A DNA stretch of 63,746 bases from Devosia sp. (GTDB taxonomy: Bacteria > Pseudomonadota > Alphaproteobacteria > Rhizobiales > Devosiaceae): contig DAORUH010000001.1 in the NCBI GenBank assembly GCA_035433065.1, forward strand, positions 1 through 63,746, read 5' to 3'. Positions 18,426-28,272 of the stretch are shown here, piece by piece. The number at the start of each line of letters is the position of its first letter. The stretch's first letter is position 1. The notes below the pieces were generated by a model. It saw nothing but the letters and a program-made list of their open reading frames with translations, ran no database searches and was not told the origin of the DNA. A program made the position numbers and the translations under genes.

Positions 18426-19274
18426 ATGAGCCGCCGGAACAAGGCATTCGTGATGGGCCACCCCATCGCGCATTCGCGCTCGCCGCTGATGCACGGCCAC
18501 TGGCTCAAGACCCTGGGCATCACCGGCTCCTATGAGCGGCTCGATGTCGCTCCCGCCGATATCGACACCTTCTTTGCCGGCTTTCGTGATGCCGGTTGGG
18601 TCGGCGGCAATGTCACTGTCCCGCACAAGTCCGCCGTTATCCCGCATCTCGCCGGCCTCGACGCCGCCGCGGAAGCGATGGGCGCGGTCAACACCATTTA
18701 CTGGGATGGCGACGACCTTGTCGGCGGCAATGCCGATGGCATCGGCTTCACCCACAATCTCGATGACCGCGCGCCGGGCTGGGATGCCGGGGCGCGCCGC
18801 GCCGTGGTGATCGGGGCAGGCGGGGCGGCGCGTGCCGCCACTTATGCGCTGCTCGAGCGTGGGCTCGATGTGGCGCTGTGCAACCGCACCGTCGCTCGGG
18901 CCGAACAACTGGCGGCCCGTTTCGGCAAACGCGTCACCGCCCACGGCACCGACGCCTTGCCGAGTCTCATGGCCGATGCCGACCTTCTGGCGCAGACGAC
19001 AAGCCAGGGGATGATCGGCCAGCCGCCGCTCACGCTGGACCTCGCGCCGCTGAAGCCCGGGGCGGTGGTCTGCGACATTGTCTATGTGCCGCTCGACACG
19101 GATCTCCTGAAAGCTGCCCGCCAGCGCGGACACCGCACGGTCGATGGCCTCGGCATGCTGATGCATCAGGCGGTCGTCGGCTTTACCCACTGGTTCGGCC
19201 AGACTCCGGTGGTGACCGATGAGCTCAGGAAGATCCTGACCGACGACATCAAGGCGAAGACGCCGGGGGCATGA
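18426..19274 (+). CDS. aroE: Shikimate dehydrogenase (AroE type, NADP fingerprint)
   Basis: GHPIAHSRSP, NVTVPHK, GAVNT, GAGGAARA, NRT, DIVYVP, DGLGMLMHQA. Confidence 0.9.
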   Translation: MSRRNKAFVMGHPIAHSRSPLMHGHWLKTLGITGSYERLDVAPADIDTFFAGFRDAGWVGGNVTVPHKSAVIPHLAGLDAAAEAMGAVNTIYWDGDDLVGGNADGIGFTHNLDDRAPGWDAGARRAVVIGAGGAARAATYALLERGLDVALCNRTVARAEQLAARFGKRVTAHGTDALPSLMADADLLAQTTSQGMIGQPPLTLDLAPLKPGAVVCDIVYVPLDTDLLKAARQRGHRTVDGLGMLMHQAVVGFTHWFGQTPVVTDELRKILTDDIKAKTPGA

Positions 19275-19376
19275 AGACCTGCCGCGCCGCACGCATAGCC
19301 TGACGCACGACCCGGCCGCACCCCGTGCGCAACCGGAAATCAACGCCCCAACGCGGGTGACATGGGAGGAGACCTG

Positions 19377-20522
19377 ATGATGAGAAGAACAGTGGCAACG
19401 CTGGCCATCGCTTCGGTGGCCGCACTGATGAGCCTGCCGTCGGCCCTGCTGGCGCAGGAAACGGTGAAAATCCCGTGCCTGTGCGAAGCCTCTGGCGCCG
19501 CCGCGGTGTCGGGCACCAATCTGAGCGACGGTGCGCATCTCGCCATCGAGGAGATCAACGCCGCGGGTGGCATCCTCGGCAAGCAGATCGAAATGGTGAA
19601 CTACGACACCCAGTCCGATCCGCAGGTGTCGCGCGCCCTCATGCAGAAGGCCATCGACGACGGCGCCTATGCGGTCGTCGGCACGGTGTTCTCGGGCTCC
19701 ACTATCGTCAACATGCTGGTGTCGCAGCAGGCCGGCGTGCCGCAGTTCACCGGCTCCGAGGCCCCCAATATCACCGCGCAGGGCAACCCCTACATCTTCC
19801 GCACCGCTTCGAGCGCCGCCAAGGGCGTGCCCAGCCTCACCCCGTACTTCAAGGACACGCTGAAGGCGGACAAGGTGGCCGTCGCCTGGGTCAACAACGA
19901 GTTCGGCAAGGGCGGCCACGATGTCTTCGTGGGCGAGATGGAAAAGGCTGGCATCGAGATCGTCGCTGACGTGTCGAGCGAGCAGGGCCAGGCCGATTTC
20001 GCCGCCGACATTTCCAAGATCAAGGAATCCGGCGCCAAGGCCGTGTTCGTCTATCTCAACGAGGAAGAGTCGGCGCGCCTTCTGCGTGAGGCAAAGAAGC
20101 AGGGCCTGTCTATCCCGCTGGTTGGCGAAGTGACGCTCACCGGCCAGAAGGTGATCGAGCTCGCGGGCGATGCCGCCAATGGCGCCTACGCCCATGTGGG
20201 CCTCACCACCGGCGCCGATGTGCCCTCGATCCGCGAATTCGCCGACAAGTTCAATGCCAGGTACAACCGCACGACCGACCACAACGGCATCAAGGGCTAC
20301 ATCGCGGTCTACGCGATCAAGTACCTGACCGAGCTCGTCGGCGGCTTCGACCGCGAAGCGCTCGCCAAGAAGGCGCACGGTCTCACGCTCGACGTCGCGA
20401 CCTATCCGGGTATGCTCCTGACCACGTCATGGGACGACAAGGGTGAGCTTTCGCGCGAAAGCTTCATGACCCAGGTCGTTGACGGCAAGCAGGTCGTGAT
20501 CGGCACCGTTCCGGCCAACTGA
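19377..20522 (+). CDS. HAAT (LivJ-like) ABC transporter substrate-binding protein
   Basis: Signal peptide; AIEEINAAGGILG, NPYIFRT, NNEFGKGG. RBS GGAGG. Confidence 0.92.
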   Translation: MMRRTVATLAIASVAALMSLPSALLAQETVKIPCLCEASGAAAVSGTNLSDGAHLAIEEINAAGGILGKQIEMVNYDTQSDPQVSRALMQKAIDDGAYAVVGTVFSGSTIVNMLVSQQAGVPQFTGSEAPNITAQGNPYIFRTASSAAKGVPSLTPYFKDTLKADKVAVAWVNNEFGKGGHDVFVGEMEKAGIEIVADVSSEQGQADFAADISKIKESGAKAVFVYLNEEESARLLREAKKQGLSIPLVGEVTLTGQKVIELAGDAANGAYAHVGLTTGADVPSIREFADKFNARYNRTTDHNGIKGYIAVYAIKYLTELVGGFDREALAKKAHGLTLDVATYPGMLLTTSWDDKGELSRESFMTQVVDGKQVVIGTVPAN

Positions 20523-20576
20523 TACCGGGTGGCGCCCTCGCCCGGGGGCGCCACTCCACCAACCCCGGAGACGGCC

Positions 20577-21455
20577 TTGTCGCAGTTCCTGCAGGTGCTT
20601 CTATCCGGGCTTGCCACCGGCTCCATCTACGCCCTCGCCGCCATCGGCTTCACGCTGCTCTGGCAGGCGGCGCAGACGGTGAACTTCGCCCAGGGCGAGT
20701 TCGTCATGCTGCCGGCCTTCTTCGTCCTCTTCGCCATCAAGGTGTTGTCCTTCCCCCTCTGGCTGGCGCTGCTGTTCGGGCTGCTGCTGGCCGTCCTGCT
20801 GCTTGGCCTGCTGTTCAAGAAAATCATCGCCGAGCCGATGCAGGGCAATCTCGGCCTGCCGCTGGTCATCGCCACGATGGCCCTCGCCATCCTGATGAAG
20901 GAGAGCACCAAGATGTTCTTCGGGGCCGAGGCGCAGCCCTTCCCCGAACTGTTCCCTGCCGACACCATGAACGTGCTGGGCGCGATCGTCTCGGTGCAGG
21001 ACCTGCTCAACCTCGCGACCTCGCTGCTCTGCGTCGTGGCGCTCTCGATGTTCCTCAACCGCACCCGCACCGGCCGCTGCATGCAGGCCACGGCGCAGAA
21101 CCCCGCTGTCGCCGAAATCCTCGGCGTCAACATCAAGCGCATGGTGCTCTACACCTTCCTCATCAACGCCGCCCTTGCCGCGCTCGCCTCCTTCCTCATC
21201 TCGCCGCTCTATCTGGCAAAGTTCTCCAACGGCGAGACGTTGGGCATCGTGGCCTTCATCGCGGCCATCATCGGCGGCTTCAACCAGATCCGCGGCGCGC
21301 TGGTGGGCGGCCTGCTGATCGGCGTGCTCGACAACCTCGTCGCCACCTACGTCACCGCCGAGTACCGCGCCGCCGTGCCGCTGGTCCTGCTCATCGCCAT
21401 CATCCTGTGGCGGCCGCAGGGCCTGCTCGGCACGTCCGAAGGAAGAAAAGTCTGA
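20577..21455 (+). CDS. HAAT ABC transporter permease (LivH-like)
   Basis: GSIYALAAIG, NFAQGEF, RPQGLLG. TTG start after GGAG. Confidence 0.92.
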   Translation: MSQFLQVLLSGLATGSIYALAAIGFTLLWQAAQTVNFAQGEFVMLPAFFVLFAIKVLSFPLWLALLFGLLLAVLLLGLLFKKIIAEPMQGNLGLPLVIATMALAILMKESTKMFFGAEAQPFPELFPADTMNVLGAIVSVQDLLNLATSLLCVVALSMFLNRTRTGRCMQATAQNPAVAEILGVNIKRMVLYTFLINAALAALASFLISPLYLAKFSNGETLGIVAFIAAIIGGFNQIRGALVGGLLIGVLDNLVATYVTAEYRAAVPLVLLIAIILWRPQGLLGTSEGRKV

Positions 21456-22432
21456 TGCGCGCCTGGATCAAGCCGCTCGCCCTCATCATCGGGCTTGCGC
21501 TGCTCGCGGTCGCGCCGATCGGGCAGGGCAATTACGTCATCCACATCCTCTGCTCGTGGCTGATCTTCACCATCGCCGCGATGGGCCTCAACCTCACCCT
21601 CGGCTATGCCGGGCAGATTTCGCTGGCGCAGGCCTCGTTCATGGCCATCGGCGCCTACGCGACCGCGCTTATCACCCTCGCCGGCCTGCCGTGGATTCTC
21701 GGCCTCGCCAGCTCGATCGTCCTCTGCCTCGCCGTCGGCCTCGCGCTCGGCTTCCCGGCGCTGCGCGTGCAGGGGCACTTCCTCGCCTTCGTGACGCTGG
21801 CGTTCAACACGCTGGTCTTCCTCGTCGCCCGCAACGAGGACTGGCTCACCGGCGGCTCCTACGGCCTCGTCGGCATGCCCCGGCCCAATTTCTTCGGCTT
21901 CGATACCGGCCGGCAGCTGCACTTTTACTACTTCGTGCTCATCGTCTTCATCCTCTCGGCGCTGGTGATGTGGGGCATTGTCCGCTCGCCCTGGGGCCGC
22001 GCCTTCAAGGCCCTGCGCGAAAACCCGATCCGCGCCGAAAGCCTCGGGCTGGATACCCGCACGCTCACGCTCCTCGCCTTCGCCATCGGCTCGGCCTATG
22101 GCGGCATCGCCGGCGCGCTGATGACGCCACTGGTGCAGTTCATCGAACCGGGCACCTTCGCGCTCGGCCACTCGCTGCGCATCCTCTTGATGGTCGTCGT
22201 CGGCGGCGCGGGCTTCTTCTTCGGCCCGCTGCTCGGCGCCGCGGTGGTGATCCTCCTGCCCGAATTCATGCGCTTCACCGAAGGCTACTACCTCATCATC
22301 TACGCCGCCGCCGTCATCGTCCTGATGGTCCTCTGCCCGTCCGGCCTCATCGGGCTGGGCCGCCGCATCGCCGCCCGCTTCCGCCCGCGCACCGAAGCCC
22401 GCGCCGATCTCAAGGAAGGGGCGCAGCTGTGA
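21455..22432 (+). CDS. HAAT ABC transporter permease (LivM-like)
   Basis: GYAGQISLAQ, LTGGSYG, SPWGRAFKALRENP. TGATG coupling with the upstream gene. Confidence 0.92.
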   Translation: MRAWIKPLALIIGLALLAVAPIGQGNYVIHILCSWLIFTIAAMGLNLTLGYAGQISLAQASFMAIGAYATALITLAGLPWILGLASSIVLCLAVGLALGFPALRVQGHFLAFVTLAFNTLVFLVARNEDWLTGGSYGLVGMPRPNFFGFDTGRQLHFYYFVLIVFILSALVMWGIVRSPWGRAFKALRENPIRAESLGLDTRTLTLLAFAIGSAYGGIAGALMTPLVQFIEPGTFALGHSLRILLMVVVGGAGFFFGPLLGAAVVILLPEFMRFTEGYYLIIYAAAVIVLMVLCPSGLIGLGRRIAARFRPRTEARADLKEGAQL

Positions 22433-23190
22433 GCCCCCCGGATGCCGTTCTCGCCGTCACCGATATCGTAAAGCACTTCGGCGCCATCCGCGCCGTCGAT
22501 GGGGTGAGCTTCGATGTCCGCCGTGGGGAAATCCTCGGCCTCATCGGACCCAACGGCTCGGGCAAATCCACCCTCTTCAACTGCATCCTCGGCCAGCTGA
22601 CGCCCACCGGCGGCCGCGTCGAGGTGAAGGGCCAGCCGGTCTCCGGCAAGCGCGCCAACCAGCTGAGCCGGCTCGGCGTCGGCCGCACCTTCCAGCAGCT
22701 TTCCGTCTTCCCGCAGATGACCGTCCTCGACAACATCATCCTCGCCGGCCAGGAGCATCGCGGCACGCTGATCGGCCGGCTGTTCGGCAAGCCCGACGCC
22801 GGCCTCACCGCCGCAGCCGACCAGATGATCGCCTTCTTCCGCTTGACCCACCTGCGCGACCAGATGGCGGGCTCGCTCTCCTACGGCCAGCAGAAGCTCG
22901 TCGATGCCGCGATGGCCTTCATGGCCGGCCCCGATCTGGTGCTGCTCGACGAGCCGGCGGGCGGGGTGAATCTCACCATGCTCGGCGCCCTGCGCGAGCG
23001 GCTGATCGCCTACAACCGCGAGCACGGCACGACCTTCGTCGTCATCGAGCACAACATGGAATTCGTGATGTCGCTGTGCACGCGCATCATCGTGCTCGCC
23101 GAGGGCAAAATCATCGCCGAGGGCACGCCCGGCGAGATCCGCAACAACCAGCTGGTGATCGACGCCTATCTCGGAGGCGGCCATGCTTGA
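22429..23190 (+). CDS. HAAT ABC transporter ATP-binding protein (LivG-like)
   Basis: GPNGSGKST, LSYGQQK, LLDEPAGG, IEHNM. GTG start overlaps the previous stop codon. Confidence 0.92.
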   Translation: MSPPDAVLAVTDIVKHFGAIRAVDGVSFDVRRGEILGLIGPNGSGKSTLFNCILGQLTPTGGRVEVKGQPVSGKRANQLSRLGVGRTFQQLSVFPQMTVLDNIILAGQEHRGTLIGRLFGKPDAGLTAAADQMIAFFRLTHLRDQMAGSLSYGQQKLVDAAMAFMAGPDLVLLDEPAGGVNLTMLGALRERLIAYNREHGTTFVVIEHNMEFVMSLCTRIIVLAEGKIIAEGTPGEIRNNQLVIDAYLGGGHA

Positions 23191-23908
23191 GATCCGCGAT
23201 CTGTTCGGCGGCTACGGCAAGATCACCATCCTCAACGGCGTGAGCTGCACCATCCCGCGCGGCTCGATCACCACCGTCATCGGCCCGAACGGCGCCGGCA
23301 AGTCCACCGTGTTCAAGGCCATCTTCGGCCTCCTCGCCATCCAGTCCGGAAAAATCCTGCTCGAAGGCGAGGACGTGACCGGCCTGCCACCCGCGAAGAT
23401 GATCGCGCGCGGCGTCACCTATGTGCCGCAGGGCCGCAACGTCATCCCGCAGCTTTCGGTCTGGCACAATCTCGAACTGGGCGGCGTCACCGCGCATGAT
23501 CAGAAGCAGGTGCGCCGCCGCATCGATCAGGTGATGGAGCAGTTCCCCATGCTGCGCGAGCGCCAGCACCAGAAGGCCATCGAGCTCTCCGGCGGCCAGC
23601 AGAAGCAGCTCGAAGTCGCCCGCGCCCTGCTGCTCGATCCAAAACTCATCCTCGTCGACGAGCCCTCCATCGGCCTCTCGCCCAACCTCGTGCAGGAGGT
23701 GTTCGCGACGCTGCAGCGCCTGCGCGACAATGGCGTCACCGTGCTGATGATCGAGCAGAACGCCAAGGCGGCGCTGAAGATTTCCGACTACGGCCTCGTC
23801 CTCGAACTCGGCCAGACCCGCATGCACGACCGGGCGGACACGTTGCTCAACGATCCGCGCGTCGGCCGCCTGTTCCTCGGCGGCTCGGTCGAGCCCGCCG
23901 CCACCTGA
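23183..23908 (+). CDS. HAAT ABC transporter ATP-binding protein (LivF-like)
   Basis: GPNGAGKST, LSGGQQKQ, DEPSIGLSP, IEQNA. Confidence 0.93.
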   Translation: MLEIRDLFGGYGKITILNGVSCTIPRGSITTVIGPNGAGKSTVFKAIFGLLAIQSGKILLEGEDVTGLPPAKMIARGVTYVPQGRNVIPQLSVWHNLELGGVTAHDQKQVRRRIDQVMEQFPMLRERQHQKAIELSGGQQKQLEVARALLLDPKLILVDEPSIGLSPNLVQEVFATLQRLRDNGVTVLMIEQNAKAALKISDYGLVLELGQTRMHDRADTLLNDPRVGRLFLGGSVEPAAT

Positions 23909-24747
23909 TGGCCCCCATCCGCCTCGGCATCGTCGGCGACAATGTCGCCCACTCGCAGTCCCCTTCCTTCCACACGCTGGCCGGCCGCCACGCCGGTATC
24001 GACGTGCGGTTCGATCTGATCGAACCCGCCCGCTGGGGCCTCGATTTCGAGGCGGTGATCGCCCGCTGCCGGCGCGAAAACTATGCCGGGCTCAACATCA
24101 CCTATCCCTACAAGGAACGCGTGCTGGCGCTCCTCACCGACGCCGATTCCGACGTTGCGCGGATGGGCTCGTGCAACACCGTGCTGTTTCGCGGCTGGCG
24201 GCTCAGCGGCCACAACACCGACCACACCGGCTTCATGGCCGCCTTCCGCCACGGCTTCGGCCGCCCGCCCGGCACCGCGCTCGTCGTCGGCGCCGGCGGC
24301 GTCGGCCGCGCCGTGGTGCTCGGGCTCGGCAAGCTCGGCGCCAGCCGCATCCTCCTCGCCGACACCGACCGGCTCCGCGCCAAAGCCGTCGCCGCCGATC
24401 TCGCGCCGCACCTCAAATGTCCCATTGAAGTCGTGAGCAACGCCGACGAGGCCGCGCGCCACGCCGATGGCATCGTCAACTGCACGCCGCTTGGCTCAGT
24501 GGGGCACGAAGGCTCGCCCGTGCGAGACGAGAGTCTTACCGGCAAAGCCTGGGCCTTCGATGTCGTCTATGCGTCCGGCGGCACCGCCTTCGGCCAGCAG
24601 GCGGCGCGTGCCGGTGTGCCATTCGCCGGCGGCTATGAGCTGCTGTTCCATCAGGGGCTCGATGTGTTCGAGCTGTTCACCGGCCACACGGTTGCCGATC
24701 CCAAAAAGCTCCGCGCCGAACTGCAGGCGATGGGCGCCACGGCCTAG
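23908..24747 (+). CDS. Shikimate/quinate dehydrogenase family protein (probably NAD-dependent)
   Basis: SQSP, GLNITYPYK, CNTV, GHNTDHTGF, GAGGVGRA. Acidic ADTD replaces NRT. Confidence 0.86.
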   Translation: MAPIRLGIVGDNVAHSQSPSFHTLAGRHAGIDVRFDLIEPARWGLDFEAVIARCRRENYAGLNITYPYKERVLALLTDADSDVARMGSCNTVLFRGWRLSGHNTDHTGFMAAFRHGFGRPPGTALVVGAGGVGRAVVLGLGKLGASRILLADTDRLRAKAVAADLAPHLKCPIEVVSNADEAARHADGIVNCTPLGSVGHEGSPVRDESLTGKAWAFDVVYASGGTAFGQQAARAGVPFAGGYELLFHQGLDVFELFTGHTVADPKKLRAELQAMGATA

Positions 24748-25799
24748 GGAAACACGGTTCCCTCGAACAGCTTCCGCGCCGTCCGCAGCGTCCCCGCCCC
24801 AACAATCTCGCCCGCCGCATCGCGCTCGATCAGCACTTCCGTCGCCCCACTCGGGTGCTCGATGGCAAAGCGCCTGCCGTCCTCCGGTAGCTTCGCGAGC
24901 CCCGCCGCGGGCGAGTCCTCGAACAGGCACGCGGTTGCCACCGTCACCGCGGCCAGAACGCCGATCGAGGCATGGCACCGGTGGGGAATAAAGCTGCGGG
25001 TCGAGATCGCGCCGCCACCAAGTGCCGCCGAAACCAGCGTCATTTTTGGCACCGACTTTTCGGTCACATCGCCAAGGTTCATCAGCGGCCCGGCCTTCAG
25101 CCGGATGCTCTCAAGCCGCGCCTTCAGCGCCGCATTGGCATCGAGCGCCTCGCGCGTCTCGGTGCCGGTCACGCCAACGTCAGTGGCGCGCAGGATCACG
25201 CAGGGCATGCCGTTGTCGATCAGCGTCACGGTGATCCCGTCGATCACGTCGCGCGCCCGGCCCGTCGGCAGCAGCGCGCCGCACATCGATCCGGCAATGT
25301 TCTGGAACAGCAGCGGCACCGGCGCATGCGTCCCCGGCACGCCGTCGATTGACGCCGCGCCCTCATAGGTCACCACGCCGCCCGGCGTCGAAACCTCAGC
25401 CTCAGCCACCTCGCCGGTGTTGAGCATATGGATGCGCACCGGCGTCGTGCCGTCCCGCGCCGCAACCAGCCCCTGCTCGATGGCGAACGGCCCGACGCCC
25501 GCCAGCATGTTGCCGCAGGCCTGCGCGTCGCTCACCAGCGGCTGGTCCACGAACACCTGCAGGAACAGGTAATCCACATCGGCATCCGGCCGCGACGGCG
25601 GGCCGACAATCGCCACCTTCGATGTCAGCGGGTCGGCCCCGCCCATCCCGTCTATCTGCCGCACATCGGGCGAACCCATCACCCGCAGCAACATGCGGTC
25701 ACGCTCCGCCACATCGGCGGGCAGGGCGCCCGCCAGAAAGAACGCGCCCTTCGACGTTCCCCCGCGCATCCATGTGCAGGGGATGCCGCCGCTAGACAT
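24744..25799 (-). CDS. galD: 4-oxalomesaconate tautomerase (PrpF/FldA family)
   Basis: [54 protein letters not shown]. Lies next to galB/galC. Confidence 0.9.
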   Translation of the reverse strand: MSSGGIPCTWMRGGTSKGAFFLAGALPADVAERDRMLLRVMGSPDVRQIDGMGGADPLTSKVAIVGPPSRPDADVDYLFLQVFVDQPLVSDAQACGNMLAGVGPFAIEQGLVAARDGTTPVRIHMLNTGEVAEAEVSTPGGVVTYEGAASIDGVPGTHAPVPLLFQNIAGSMCGALLPTGRARDVIDGITVTLIDNGMPCVILRATDVGVTGTETREALDANAALKARLESIRLKAGPLMNLGDVTEKSVPKMTLVSAALGGGAISTRSFIPHRCHASIGVLAAVTVATACLFEDSPAAGLAKLPEDGRRFAIEHPSGATEVLIERDAAGEIVGAGTLRTARKLFEGTVFP

Positions 25800-26463
25800 A
25801 CTTCAGGCCCTTTTTGGCCAGGTCCTCGCGCATGCCATACATGTCGAGGCCAAGCTCCCCGGCCGCCAGCCGCGCGCGCTTGCCGGCCTCGGCCGCGAGC
25901 CGCTTGTTGGCGGCGGCAAGCACCGCTGCGGCGTCTTCGCGCCGCACCACGCACACGCCATCATCGTCGGCCACGATCACGTCGCCCGCCTTGATCGCCG
26001 CCCCGGCGCAGACGATCGGCACGTTCACCGAGCCCAGCGTTTCCTTCACCGTGCCCTGCGCCGAAACCGCCTTCGACCACACCGGAAAACCCATCGCCGT
26101 CAGGTCGCGCACGTCACGCACACCTGCGTCGATGACCAGCCCGCGGCACCCGCGCGCCATCGCCGAAGTGGCGAGCAGGTCGCCAAAATAGCCGTTGTCA
26201 CAGGGTGAGGTCGGCGCAACGACGAGGATGTCGCCGTCACGCAATTGCTCGATGGCGACATGCAGCATCCAGTTGTCGCCGGGCGGCACCGAAATGGTCA
26301 CCGCCGAACCGGCAATCTGCGCCCCGGCATAGATCGGGCGCATATGGCTCGCCAGCATGCCGATGCGCCCCTGCGCCTCGTGCACCGTGGCAACGCCGGC
26401 ATGCGCGAGCCCGGCTATGGTCGCGCTGTCGGCGCGCTCGATGTTCTGAACCACGACGCCCAT
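25792..26463 (-). CDS. galC: 4-carboxy-4-hydroxy-2-oxoadipate aldolase / oxaloacetate decarboxylase (GalC/LigK)
   Basis: [53 protein letters not shown]. Confidence 0.92.
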   Translation of the reverse strand: MGVVVQNIERADSATIAGLAHAGVATVHEAQGRIGMLASHMRPIYAGAQIAGSAVTISVPPGDNWMLHVAIEQLRDGDILVVAPTSPCDNGYFGDLLATSAMARGCRGLVIDAGVRDVRDLTAMGFPVWSKAVSAQGTVKETLGSVNVPIVCAGAAIKAGDVIVADDDGVCVVRREDAAAVLAAANKRLAAEAGKRARLAAGELGLDMYGMREDLAKKGLKYV

Positions 26464-27417
26464 TCAACTTTCCTTCTTCTTCGGCGGCGTGCCGTGGGTG
26501 TGGAAGGTTTCGATGGTCTTCAGCCCCCAGGCCTGCCCCTTCTTGCGTTCGGCCTCGGTCCATACGACCGGCTCCCAGTCCGGCGCAAGCACCAGCCGCG
26601 CGCCCGAATTGGCCAGTTCCACGCGGTTGCCGGCGGGCTCCCAGACATAGAGGAAGAATGTTCCCTGGATGGCGTGCTTGTGCGGGCCCTGCTCGATATG
26701 CACGCCATTCTCGAGGAAGATATCGGCGGCGCGGATGATGTCTTCGCGGCTGTCGGTCGCGTAGGTGACGTGGTGCAGCCGCCCGCGCATCCCGCCATGT
26801 TCCTCGGTGCAGGCGAGGTCATAGCCCTTGTTGTTGATGGTGAACCAGCAACCGCCGAGCCGCCCGTTGTCGAGCTGGATCATCTCGGTCACGCGCGAGC
26901 CGAGGCAGGTTTCCATGAACTCACGGAACTCGCTCACGTCGTCGGCGAGGAGGTTGAGGTGGTCGAGCCGCCGCGGCGCTGCCCCGTGGTAGCGCTGGGC
27001 GAGGTTCTTGAGGGCAGGGCGCTCGCCTTGCGGCGGCACATAGCGGTGCGTGTCCCAGTAGATTTCGAACACGTGCCCGAACGGGTCTTCGAAGCGGAAC
27101 GCCCGCCCGTGCCCGAGGTCGCCTTCCACCCAGCCCAGTGTCTTGAAGCGGCTTGCCTCGATGGCAAGCACGCGCCGCATCAGCGCCTCTTCGGAACTCG
27201 CGCGATAGGCCACGTGCCCGATGCCGGTCGTATAATGCCGCGTCAGCTTCAGCGTATGGAACTCATAGTCGTCCCAGGCGCGCAGATACGCCGAGGTCTC
27301 GTCCTCGCCCGACAGCGTCAGCCCATAGACGAGGGTGAAGAAGTCGAGGCTCTCGTCGTACCTGTCGGTGTACATCTCGACATGGGCAAGGTGCGCGATG
27401 TCGAAGCAAAGGGGCAT
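26464..27417 (-). CDS. Type I (VOC-fold) extradiol dioxygenase, catechol 2,3-dioxygenase family
   Basis: YLRAWDDYEFHTL, RLDHLN, LHHVTY, HKHAIQGTFFLYVWEPAGNRVE (Fe(II) His/His/Glu ligands and catalytic Tyr). Confidence 0.88.
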   Translation of the reverse strand: MPLCFDIAHLAHVEMYTDRYDESLDFFTLVYGLTLSGEDETSAYLRAWDDYEFHTLKLTRHYTTGIGHVAYRASSEEALMRRVLAIEASRFKTLGWVEGDLGHGRAFRFEDPFGHVFEIYWDTHRYVPPQGERPALKNLAQRYHGAAPRRLDHLNLLADDVSEFREFMETCLGSRVTEMIQLDNGRLGGCWFTINNKGYDLACTEEHGGMRGRLHHVTYATDSREDIIRAADIFLENGVHIEQGPHKHAIQGTFFLYVWEPAGNRVELANSGARLVLAPDWEPVVWTEAERKKGQAWGLKTIETFHTHGTPPKKKES

Positions 27418-28151
27418 CAGAGTTCGTCCACTGTCCGCGGGAAGACCGACTGGAACCCTTCAGCATATTTCGCGGCGCGTCCACCCGATTGCCCGCCGGA
27501 ATTGCGCTGGAAGTGGTTGGCGCGGTTCTGCGCCAGCCGCGTGTAATACTCCCACAGGTGCTCCTGGCCCTCCATGCATTCGATGGCGGCGCGCTTCTTG
27601 TCCCACACGCCGGTGATGTCGAGGAAGGTGTCGGGCTTCCAGCCCATCTGCTCGGTCTGGTGCGGCTCGAACAGATAGAGCTGCGGCGCGCCCAGCACCT
27701 TTTCGCCCGGCTTGTGCCCCCAGGCCTGCGCGATGCTGCGCGTTTCGAGCGCCACCTCGGTCGCATACATGTGGTCGGTATTGTACGGGTCGTAGTGCGA
27801 GTGGCTGAGCATGAAGGCCGGCTGCACGGCGCGGATCACATCCACCAGCCGGAACTTGTCCGCATCGCTCATGCGTAATGGGTAATCGCCGAGGTCGAAG
27901 CTGATGAGGTCGTGCACGTCGAGCGCCTTGGCGGCCCGTTCGGCCTCGTCGCGGCGCGCCGACTTCACCTTGTCGATGGTCATGCCGGGGAGCTTCCAGA
28001 GTTTGGCGGATTCGCCCCGCTCGCCGAACGACAGGCAGACCACCGTCACCTTGTAGCCAAGCGCCGCATGGTGGGCGATCGCCCCGCCGCAGCGCCAGAC
28101 GAAATCGGCCGCATGCGCGCTGATGACGAGAGCGGTTTTGCTGTCCGGCAT
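27417..28151 (-). CDS. galB: 4-oxalomesaconate hydratase (PIG-L fold)
   Basis: SAHAADFVWRCGG, SFGERGESAKLW, DPYNTDH, FEPHQTEQ, QEHLWEYY. Confidence 0.88.
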   Translation of the reverse strand: MPDSKTALVISAHAADFVWRCGGAIAHHAALGYKVTVVCLSFGERGESAKLWKLPGMTIDKVKSARRDEAERAAKALDVHDLISFDLGDYPLRMSDADKFRLVDVIRAVQPAFMLSHSHYDPYNTDHMYATEVALETRSIAQAWGHKPGEKVLGAPQLYLFEPHQTEQMGWKPDTFLDITGVWDKKRAAIECMEGQEHLWEYYTRLAQNRANHFQRNSGGQSGGRAAKYAEGFQSVFPRTVDEL

Positions 28152-28233
28152 GGTTCCTCGCAAACGCACGGATTGACCCCGCGATCTCGCCGTATCGGAC
28201 GGGACTTGCCAATTCGAAAGGCGGGCCCTGGCG

Positions 28234-28248
28234 ATAAGTTTGAGCTAT
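28234..28248 (-). promoter_or_regulatory. LysR-type T-N11-A box in the galB/LysR divergent region
   Basis: Minus strand reads ATAGCTCAAACTTAT, identical to 18282-18296. Confidence 0.75.
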
Positions 28249-28272
28249 ACCGGCTGGTCTGGAGCACACGGA

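Noticed and set aside
24744-28151. Complete protocatechuate 4,5-cleavage pathway
   Set aside because: No LigAB, LigC or LigI in the window, though they could be elsewhere in the genome.
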